A stretch of 15,827 nucleotides of DNA from Candidatus Micrarchaeota archaeon (lineage in GTDB: Archaea > B1Sed10-29 > B47-G15), in contig QMVG01000010.1 in NCBI GenBank assembly GCA_003660975.1, forward strand, positions 1 through 15,827, read 5' to 3'. The translations under genes were made by a program, and so were the position numbers. The notes below the pieces were generated by a model. That model was not told where the DNA came from, ran no database searches, and saw only the letters and a program-made list of their open reading frames with translations. This document shows, in pieces, positions 8,281-15,050 of the stretch (positions are counted from its first letter, which is position 1; each line of letters begins with the position of its first letter).

Positions 8281-9734
8281 AAGAAGTGGAAGAAGAAAAA
8301 TCACGGATGGTTCCTCTTCCGAAAGAAGAATACTCTCGAATAGTTAAGGATTATCCTCTTAAACCTTTGCCTAAGAAATATTATAAAGATCAGAGAGGAG
8401 GAGTAGCTTGGTGCTTTGCTTCTCCTCGAACTAAAGTCCTCACGGAAGGTGGATGGAAGCCTTGGAACAAAATTTATCCGGGTGAGAGAGTCTTAACACA
8501 TAAGGGCAGGTTCATGCGAGTCACTCGAAAGGACGCGTTTGAAGGCATTTATGACTGGATTAAGGTTCACCTTCAGTTTGATAACATAAAGGACCTCAAA
8601 TATGATATTCGAGTAACCGAAAATCATCCCTTCCTCACGACCGAGGGTTGGAAGGAGGCAAAAGACTTAAAGGTTGGCGACAAGATTGCCTCAAAAACAC
8701 CCAAGCGTTGTCTTAATTGTCGGGCTCCGATTCCACTCTCATGGAATGCAAAAACAGACTTTATGTTCTGTAGTGATGAATGTGCACGAAACTATGAGTG
8801 GACAGAAGAGAGTTTACACACTGAGTACATTGATAAACAAATTTATGATAATCCTCTTGCTGATGTTACGGTTACAGTTGTAAAAATAGAAAGGATTAAG
8901 ATTCCAAAGAACTCTACCGTATGGACACAAACTCATGCTTGTTCTTTAGAGGTAGAGGAAGACCATTCTTATATGACTCCTTTGGGATTCTCTCACAATT
9001 CACAATGGCACATAAGAGGCATAAAACCAGAAGATAAGGAAGCGTTTGATAAAGGTGAAATATCCTTCGAGGAAATGATTTTACGTCACAGTCTTCATCA
9101 AGACTTGAGATGGAAATTAAACGGCGTTTCAGTCCTTCCTCAGTGCACAATTACCGAAAGTGATATGAAGTCCTATGTGAGAGGAATGCTTGGGCAACTT
9201 AATCCAGAACAGAAAGGTCCTGCTAATGTTCAAAAAGTTAAGGTTATTCCCAAAGTAGAGGTCGCTAAACCTACAATGCCTAAGTCTAAAATAAAAGAAT
9301 TCTTAATAGACAAGGAAGGGGCTAAGCTCATTAATAAGATAATAATTCACGAAACTTCTTATTGGATTAGTCCTGGAGAAATAGGATCGCTTCCGTACAC
9401 TTGGGCTTACATGGGAACTGTATGGACGGGGAAGGTGGCAACGGGGGATGAGAGAGGAGATTTTCATGAGCTCTTCTTTTATCCCGATAAAGATCTTCCG
9501 GAACCAAATAGAAAATTCTTCGATGGACGATTCATACTAAGAGCCTTTAGAGGTGAAGCAGCACGAGGGGGCAAAACGTGGTGGTTGTGGAAGTCCACGA
9601 AAAATCCTTATCCGCAAAACCCCTGGTGCTATTGTGATCAGGGTGAACATGAAGTCCTTCCTCTTGACAAGATAAAACACTGGGGTCACGAGGATTATCC
9701 TGAATGGAAAACAAGAAAGGATGATTGTGAATAA
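8220..9734 (+). CDS. Intein-containing LigD-type 3'-phosphoesterase (PE)-like protein
   Basis: After removing the intein the extein reads GVAW-SQWHIRG...SLHQDLRW, matching the PE motif QxH...HxDxR. Downstream PGEIGS...VWTGKV...FHELFF...DGRFILR...WWLWK parallels PE GxYGxG...IWDxG...GxFxLxR...WLLxK. The GTG start at 8220 is doubtful; see the frameshift finding. Confidence 0.68.
   Translation: MDIRSTFSNSVYCPYCGYQLKEVEEEKSRMVPLPKEEYSRIVKDYPLKPLPKKYYKDQRGGVAWCFASPRTKVLTEGGWKPWNKIYPGERVLTHKGRFMRVTRKDAFEGIYDWIKVHLQFDNIKDLKYDIRVTENHPFLTTEGWKEAKDLKVGDKIASKTPKRCLNCRAPIPLSWNAKTDFMFCSDECARNYEWTEESLHTEYIDKQIYDNPLADVTVTVVKIERIKIPKNSTVWTQTHACSLEVEEDHSYMTPLGFSHNSQWHIRGIKPEDKEAFDKGEISFEEMILRHSLHQDLRWKLNGVSVLPQCTITESDMKSYVRGMLGQLNPEQKGPANVQKVKVIPKVEVAKPTMPKSKIKEFLIDKEGAKLINKIIIHETSYWISPGEIGSLPYTWAYMGTVWTGKVATGDERGDFHELFFYPDKDLPEPNRKFFDGRFILRAFRGEAARGGKTWWLWKSTKNPYPQNPWCYCDQGEHEVLPLDKIKHWGHEDYPEWKTRKDDCE
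8412..8999 (+). mobile_element. Mini-intein (196 aa, Hint domain) with internal Cys4 zinc finger and no homing endonuclease
   Basis: Block A CFASPRTKVLTEGGWK begins at Cys (TGC 8412). Block B RVTENHPFLT (TxxH), then GWKEAKDLKVGD. Block F-like SLEVEEDHSY. Block G SHN followed by the +1 nucleophile Ser (TCA 9000-9002). Confidence 0.92.
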
Positions 9735-9764
9735 TTTTAGAATTTGACTTTCTGTTTCGTAGAT

Positions 9765-12700
9765 ATGGGTTGGCTTTCTGGTTATGCTTATCGGAAAAAA
9801 GTAACTATTTCCGGCTCGAGTGGAGCCGGAAACAACTATCAAGTTAAGTTAAAGATAGGTTCGTCGTCGGGTGGAGATTTTCATTTAGAGGGGCACTGTA
9901 ACAATTTCCCTAATGACATTCGGTTTACTGATGATGATGGTGAGACTCTACTCGATTACTGGATAGAAGATCCAGTACAGGATCCCATTACGGTTTGGGT
10001 AGAAGTCAAGGATAACTTAGACAGCGATAGGGATATTTTCGTCTACTATGGTAATCCTTCAGCAAGTTCTGCGAGCAATGGTGATGCAACTTTTGAGTTC
10101 TTTGATGACATCAGTGATGTGCCTCAAGATATTGAATACATCTCGGATGGTAGCGACAGGGCGACGGCTTATGAGATGTCTAACAAAATAGTCCGATATG
10201 AAAATAAAACACATATTGCTTATTTAAAATACGAAGGAGGCAGCCACAAAGCTTATGTGAGAACCTATCACCATGATACTGGCGAGTGGGACGATGAGGT
10301 TTATTTAGGCAGTATATACGACAACCACGGTGGACCAGCTCTTGCAATTGATTCAAATGGCTATCTCTATGTTTTTTATGATGGTCATCACGCAAGCTTA
10401 AAATGGCGCAAAAGTACTAATCCTAATGACGCATCTTCTTGGACTGATGCAGAGGCTGTACCGAATCAAGCCACTGATCCCACTTATCCCTCGGTTGTGA
10501 TAGATACTTCTGACAATGTGCATTTGATATACAGAGGTGATCAGACTACCAATTGCAAACTTTATTATCAAAAATATAATGGTTCATCGTGGAGTACTGC
10601 TACAATATTAGCAGAAGATAATTCCTCCCTTATACCTTCATACTCCTGTTCGGTAGCAATTGATAGCAACGATGTTCTTCATGTCGGCGTACACTTTTTC
10701 GACCTTGATAACACTAAAGGCAAAAAAGTGGGGTACATGAAGTCAGATGACGGAGGTGGTACTTGGAAGAAGTCAGATGGAACGACTTATACTCTTCCTG
10801 TTACTTCTTCGACCATAGAAACTATTGAGGAGGGTGATAACCTACGGTTAGGTAATATAGCAGTTGATTCTGATGGACATCCTTTTTTCGTTGTGCATCG
10901 TCTTCACAACTCACCTCAAAATGCTCAATTTTGGCGACATAATGGTACATCATGGGTTGGCACGACTTTATCAATTCAAGGTAAAAATATACAGAGTTAC
11001 GCTTCCTCCAGTTTTTTGAATGGAATAATTTATGTTTTCCTTCATGTAGGAAGTTCGTGGAAAGCTGATGACTGTGAGGTCTATTTATTTTATTCTTCTG
11101 ATAATGGTTCAAGTTTTACGTCTAAACAGATTTCCACTACTGACTCTTCAAATGCAAACTGGTTATCAAATGCAGAACGAAAAAATAGTGCAAACACATT
11201 GTCGGAAATGCGGCTGATGTGGACGCATGGCAGTTCTAATCCTACTGAAATATACTTTGCGAAAATAAATGAAGATTATGATGCTGAGTTATATTCGTTT
11301 GACTTAGATTATGTTCCAAGATACACTTGGGATACAGTCTATTGGAGCGATTATACCACTGACTATAAAAGTGCTCCTAAGTCCAAACGAGGATATACGA
11401 GTTCTGATGAGAATAACCTTTCCTCTGTAACTGGTGTGAATTTATCAGAGAAGCAAAACATGCCCCCTTCAGGAGTAATTGAATTGAATATGAAAAGTTT
11501 GGGTGGATCTGTGGAATGGATTAACTTCCTGAGTTCTAACGATAAATATATTTGTCGTGGTAACCACTATACAAATCGAGGGTTTTATCGGGGGGATTGG
11601 GCAAATTGGGCTGGCTATGATGATATTTGTGTTCTTTTTGATGGAGATTGGCATAAGTTTATTGTTAGATATACATCAACATCAACACAAATCCAAGTAG
11701 ATGATAGAGATCCCGTTGATTTGCCAACAACAACAGAAGTTGGATATCCAACAATGTTTGGTTTAACAGATACTTCGGTGAACGTTGAAAATAATTACTT
11801 AGTAGATAATTTGTTTATTCGCAAATACGTCTCCCCAGAACCTTCATTTAGTAGTGCCCAAGCTGAAGAAGGACCGGTATTCACTTGTGGAGACGTGCTT
11901 TCAAATTCTTCATTATCTGCTGTCCAAAGAGAAGTCTTTCCAGTATGCTCCGAAGTATTGAGCTCTTCGGATTTCTCCGATTCTCTTCTTTTAATGGTCT
12001 CGTGTTCTCAAGACTCATTAGGATTGACAGACTCGAATGTCACTTTAGCTACTCTTTTACTCAATGCAATTGACTCAATAGATGTCAGTGATGGTTGTAC
12101 TCTTTCTCTCTCGTTTACATCATCTTGTTTGGACGTATTGCATGCCATTGATAGTACTTCGTATTTATTATCAAGTGTGGTTAATTGTTTAGATAGTTTG
12201 GGAGCCCAAGATTCTATTTCATCATTCCTCTCGATGTTATGTCAAAGTAAGGATAATATTGGAGGAGCGGACGGCGAAACTTCTCAGCTTTCGGTTGAGC
12301 AAGTGTTGCTCGATATTCTCGCTTTCCAAGATACGTCCTCCTACCTTGCGGGTATTATTGCCTCCGCTTCTGACATTCTTAACATGCAAGATTTAAATAG
12401 TATTCGCTTAACGTTTTCTTGTTCAAGTATAGACATTATTAAGAGTGTAGATAGTGGAGGAGTTAATGTTACATTCCACTTAGATGGAAATGACATACTC
12501 AAAGGAGCAGATTTTGTTTCAGGTAATCTTCAGGTTCTTCTTGACTCTTTAGCAGTCTTTAAGAGTACAGACCAAAGCGCTTCTTCCCTTTTAGGCTTCA
12601 TTCTAAGATCAGCCACTGATGTACTTGATATGTACGATTTGAACACAGCCACGCTTCAGATATCCTCTTCTTCGATAGACCTCTTCAGGACAGAAGATAA

Positions 12701-13151
12701 TTCCTCTATTAACATCACGTTCCATTTAAACAGTGCAGACGTCTTTAAAAATTCTGATTCAGCAATTCTCAGTTTACAAGCTCTTCTTAGTGCATCAGAA
12801 ATACTCAAGGCTAGTGATGGTCGTACAGCATCAGTATTTGCCGAGATATTAGCTTCGGCGTCTGATTTGCTTGCTACTTCAGATTATAATACAGTTCGTT
12901 TAGAGTTCCTCGGATCTGCAATTGATATAGTTGAGTCAGTAGATAATGCTTCTTCCAATGTTACACTACATTTGAATAGCTCAGACTTGCTTGGCGGAAT
13001 GGACAGAGTCGCAGCTAAGCTTGAAGCTCTTCTTAGTGCTATATCAAAATTCAAAAGTTCAGATGAATCTCGAACCTATGAGGTTATATACGGAGTTCCC
13101 GTCAAAATATTTAAAGCTCAACACAAAGTCTTAGTATTTAGAGCAGAATAA
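9765..13151 (+). CDS. Large virion fibre/receptor-binding protein: DUF2341-like N-terminus, BNR/Asp-box beta-propeller, lectin-like beta segment, 20-aa repeat stalk
   Basis: N-terminus GWLSGYAYRKKVTI...YQVKL...DIRFTDDDGETLLDYWIE...VWVEV...YYGNPSASSASNGDATFEFFDD is DUF2341-like. Asp-boxes KSDDGGGTW and SSDNGSSF; closing motif VDNLFIRKYVSPEP; repetitive C-terminal third. Start moved to ATG 9765. Confidence 0.78.
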   Translation: MGWLSGYAYRKKVTISGSSGAGNNYQVKLKIGSSSGGDFHLEGHCNNFPNDIRFTDDDGETLLDYWIEDPVQDPITVWVEVKDNLDSDRDIFVYYGNPSASSASNGDATFEFFDDISDVPQDIEYISDGSDRATAYEMSNKIVRYENKTHIAYLKYEGGSHKAYVRTYHHDTGEWDDEVYLGSIYDNHGGPALAIDSNGYLYVFYDGHHASLKWRKSTNPNDASSWTDAEAVPNQATDPTYPSVVIDTSDNVHLIYRGDQTTNCKLYYQKYNGSSWSTATILAEDNSSLIPSYSCSVAIDSNDVLHVGVHFFDLDNTKGKKVGYMKSDDGGGTWKKSDGTTYTLPVTSSTIETIEEGDNLRLGNIAVDSDGHPFFVVHRLHNSPQNAQFWRHNGTSWVGTTLSIQGKNIQSYASSSFLNGIIYVFLHVGSSWKADDCEVYLFYSSDNGSSFTSKQISTTDSSNANWLSNAERKNSANTLSEMRLMWTHGSSNPTEIYFAKINEDYDAELYSFDLDYVPRYTWDTVYWSDYTTDYKSAPKSKRGYTSSDENNLSSVTGVNLSEKQNMPPSGVIELNMKSLGGSVEWINFLSSNDKYICRGNHYTNRGFYRGDWANWAGYDDICVLFDGDWHKFIVRYTSTSTQIQVDDRDPVDLPTTTEVGYPTMFGLTDTSVNVENNYLVDNLFIRKYVSPEPSFSSAQAEEGPVFTCGDVLSNSSLSAVQREVFPVCSEVLSSSDFSDSLLLMVSCSQDSLGLTDSNVTLATLLLNAIDSIDVSDGCTLSLSFTSSCLDVLHAIDSTSYLLSSVVNCLDSLGAQDSISSFLSMLCQSKDNIGGADGETSQLSVEQVLLDILAFQDTSSYLAGIIASASDILNMQDLNSIRLTFSCSSIDIIKSVDSGGVNVTFHLDGNDILKGADFVSGNLQVLLDSLAVFKSTDQSASSLLGFILRSATDVLDMYDLNTATLQISSSSIDLFRTEDNSSINITFHLNSADVFKNSDSAILSLQALLSASEILKASDGRTASVFAEILASASDLLATSDYNTVRLEFLGSAIDIVESVDNASSNVTLHLNSSDLLGGMDRVAAKLEALLSAISKFKSSDESRTYEVIYGVPVKIFKAQHKVLVFRAE
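11892..13073 (+). repeat. Protein-level tandem repeat: ~20 units of 20 aa (D-x-[LIFV]-x3-D...), the last 12 forming ~3 super-repeats of 82 aa
   Basis: Units DVLSNSS.., EVLSSSD.., DSLGLTD.., DSIDVSD.., DVLHAID.., DSLGAQD.., DNIGGAD.., DILAFQD.., DILNMQD.. fall at exact 60-nt spacing, with two 22-aa units later. NVTFHL / NITFHL / NVTLHL recur every 82 aa. Confidence 0.85.
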
Positions 13152-13168
13152 TTCTAATCTCAAAGATA

Positions 13169-13174
13169 AGGTGG
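13169..13174 (+). promoter_or_regulatory. Ribosome-binding site (AGGTGG)
   Basis: AGGTGG 6 nt upstream of ATG 13181; a GGTG-type SD is common in archaea. Confidence 0.5.
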
Positions 13175-13180
13175 AAGGAT

Positions 13181-13690
13181 ATGAGTGGGAAGATAGGTAT
13201 TGGTGGCGTATTAGAGATCGAATGCTATGACAAGGATGGTGAATTGAAGTGGAAAGACGATGCTCACAACATGTGGGATCAGGAGGGCAGAGATTACATA
13301 CTGAATGTGATATTCAAGAATGGTACTCGAAATGATCCTCTCTACGTTGGTCTTTTCGAGCAGGATACTCCTTCAGATGACTGGACAATGTCTAACAATG
13401 GAACGACGTGGCATGAGAATGAGAGTTACTCTGAGTCGACTCGACAAGAATTCATAGATGGTAGCATAAGTGGTACTACAACTCGACAGCTTGATAACGA
13501 TGACAACAAAGCTACATTTAGCATAACTGCAAGTGCAACTCTCAAGGGTGCGTTCTTGACGACAGATAACACAAAGGGTGGAACATCTGGTACATTGCTA
13601 TGTGCAGCTACTTTCGATGAAGGTGACAGAAGCGTAACAAATGGTGACACGGTGAAGGTTAAGTATACGGTTGGCTGTCAGGACGCATAA
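13181..13690 (+). CDS. Putative virion structural (fibre-associated) protein
   Basis: 169 aa, Thr/Gly/Asp-rich beta protein. The pattern ECYDKDGELKW...HN...EGRDYIL...YVGL...ATFSI...GAFL...GTLLCAATF...GDTVKVKY is one I recognise from small phage structural proteins next to fibre genes. Function not established. Confidence 0.62.
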   Translation: MSGKIGIGGVLEIECYDKDGELKWKDDAHNMWDQEGRDYILNVIFKNGTRNDPLYVGLFEQDTPSDDWTMSNNGTTWHENESYSESTRQEFIDGSISGTTTRQLDNDDNKATFSITASATLKGAFLTTDNTKGGTSGTLLCAATFDEGDRSVTNGDTVKVKYTVGCQDA

Positions 13691-13695
13691 GCGAG

Positions 13696-14007
13696 ATGGT
13701 CTTAATACCAGATCGCTGTTATAAACAACCAAGCGAGAAGGAATATCTCCAGATAGATTTCTCTTCTCGACTTGGAGATAGTGAAAGAATCACAGCTATT
13801 AAAGAGTGCAAATGTTATGATGAAGAAGGCAACGATGTTACAAACGATATAATAGAAGATCCAGTTAGGGACGACACGTCAGTAAAGTTTTGGTTTAAAG
13901 GTGGAGAGTCAGGCAAACGTTACGATTTAACTGTGAAGGTTCAAACCTCCGAAGCTGCTACTCTCGAAGAAGACTTAATATTGATAGTAGAAGAGATAGG
14001 ACATTAA
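13696..14007 (+). CDS. Putative fibre-tail adaptor protein (small Ig-like beta sandwich)
   Basis: KQPSEKEYLQIDFSSRL...VKFWFKGGESGKRYDLTVKVQTS...LEEDLILIVEE matches the KxPxExxDYxxDW...WxxGGxxGxxYxxTxxxxT pattern of small phage fibre adaptors; sits after the fibre genes. Confidence 0.65.
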   Translation: MVLIPDRCYKQPSEKEYLQIDFSSRLGDSERITAIKECKCYDEEGNDVTNDIIEDPVRDDTSVKFWFKGGESGKRYDLTVKVQTSEAATLEEDLILIVEEIGH

Positions 14008-14008
14008 A

Positions 14009-14233
14009 ATGGCTATAAAGATTGGAGAATTCCTATCGACCTATACAGAAATTCACTCGTTTATCATGGGAATATATGCAGGACTCACAGAATGGCGTGG
14101 TATAGATTCAAATATCCTAAATAATCCTGATGTTAAGAAAGAACCTCATTACTGCTACGGTGGTTACGTCTTAGGTACTTTACTTAGATGGGCTATAATT
14201 CTTACTATGGGCTATAAGTTCTTCTTAGGCTGA
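14009..14233 (+). CDS. Small hypothetical membrane protein
   Basis: 74 aa, 1 nt after the previous stop. Hydrophobic Gly-rich segments IHSFIMGIYAGL and GGYVLGTLLRWAIILTMGYKFFLG. Confidence 0.65.
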   Translation: MAIKIGEFLSTYTEIHSFIMGIYAGLTEWRGIDSNILNNPDVKKEPHYCYGGYVLGTLLRWAIILTMGYKFFLG

Positions 14234-14255
14234 TATTTCTATTGTTCCTTCTTTT
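14234..14255 (+). terminator. Possible T-rich (archaeal-type) terminator
   Basis: Pyrimidine/T-rich intergenic tract TATTTCTATTGTTCCTTCTTTT after the structural genes; no hairpin seen. Confidence 0.25.
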
Positions 14256-14263
14256 AGGTGGTG
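14256..14263 (+). promoter_or_regulatory. Ribosome-binding site (AGGTGGTG)
   Basis: AGGTGGTG immediately upstream of ATG 14268; archaeal-style SD. Confidence 0.6.
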
Positions 14264-14267
14264 CAAT

Positions 14268-15050
14268 ATGCAATTTTCAATAATAGTTGCGACAAACCGT
14301 GGACCTGAACTCCTAAAATATTTATTTGTCTCTACACACCCTGAGAGTGAACTCATAGTAGTTGACTCTCACTATAAGGAAAAAACAAGAGACTTTCTCT
14401 CTCGCCAAGAGGGATATAGACAGATAGTCTACGCTCCACCTGAGCGTTCACCCTTTAGGTGGCATAGAGACTTTTCTCAGTCTCTTAATACAGCACTATG
14501 TCTTGCTGAGCACGAATATATTGTACGTGCAGACGACTACATAGAATTCAAGGAGGACTTCTTTGACGTTGCTGAGACGGACGTTAAGAGTTACCCGGAG
14601 AAGACTCTTATAATAGGACAGAAAGCACAAGAATATAACAAGGAAGAGAAGTTCATTGATTACATGTCCCAAAAAGGGATAGGTGGAGAATTCAGATACG
14701 TGAACATCGAAAATCCAGCATTCACGTTCTCCTTTGGAGTAGCACCTCTTCGGTTGTATCTTGATATCAATGGTTACGATGAAAGATACGATTCTGGTTG
14801 GGGATTCGAGGATAGAGACTTTCTTCACAGAGCGCTAAAAGCTGGTTATGTTGCAATGCTTGATAAGCTTCTTATGGGGTATGGTCATGCTCACAAACCA
14901 GCTTGGGAAACAATTTCAATGCCTCATATAATTTATGAGGTAACAAAGACAGAAATAGAGGGTGGCAAAGTTTGGGCTTATAATCCATATAAACTCAAGG
15001 ATAGACGGGAGCAGAAATTGCAGGAGAAAGAGAAATGGATAGTAAGATAA
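14268..15050 (+). CDS. Glycosyltransferase, GT-A fold (family 2-like)
   Basis: FSIIVATNR, LIVVDS, LNTAL...EYIVRADD (DxD-like), INGYDERYDSGWGFEDRDFLHRA (GT2/GT7 C-terminal WGxED motif). Confidence 0.9.
   Translation: MQFSIIVATNRGPELLKYLFVSTHPESELIVVDSHYKEKTRDFLSRQEGYRQIVYAPPERSPFRWHRDFSQSLNTALCLAEHEYIVRADDYIEFKEDFFDVAETDVKSYPEKTLIIGQKAQEYNKEEKFIDYMSQKGIGGEFRYVNIENPAFTFSFGVAPLRLYLDINGYDERYDSGWGFEDRDFLHRALKAGYVAMLDKLLMGYGHAHKPAWETISMPHIIYEVTKTEIEGGKVWAYNPYKLKDRREQKLQEKEKWIVR

Noticed and set aside
8674-8883. Alternative-frame + strand ORF inside the intein (possible frameshifted homing endonuclease)
   Set aside because: 69 aa with no LAGLIDADG, HNH or GIY-YIG motif; the main frame is intact through the intein.
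5289-9734. Complete canonical NHEJ operon (Ku + LigD polymerase/ligase/PE)
   Set aside because: No Ku or primase-polymerase domain is recognisable in the window; only ligase and PE-like parts are supported.
10740-10780. Short direct repeat AAGTCAGATG (x2)
   Set aside because: Explained by the coding sequence KSDDG...KSDG around an Asp-box; no evidence of a DNA-level function.
11885-12073. Alternative-frame + strand ORF within the fibre gene
   Set aside because: Overlaps the in-frame repeat stalk; no RBS or motif support.
100-14828. All minus-strand ORFs in the track (e.g. 100-324, 506-811, 1056-1376, 3331-3549, 3987-4256, 4929-5135, 6236-6448, 8914-9150, 9537-9842, 10180-10395, 10822-11112, 11469-11654, 13426-13650, 14496-14828)
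   Set aside because: Short, lying antisense to well-supported + strand genes, and without recognisable motifs; treated as shadow ORFs.
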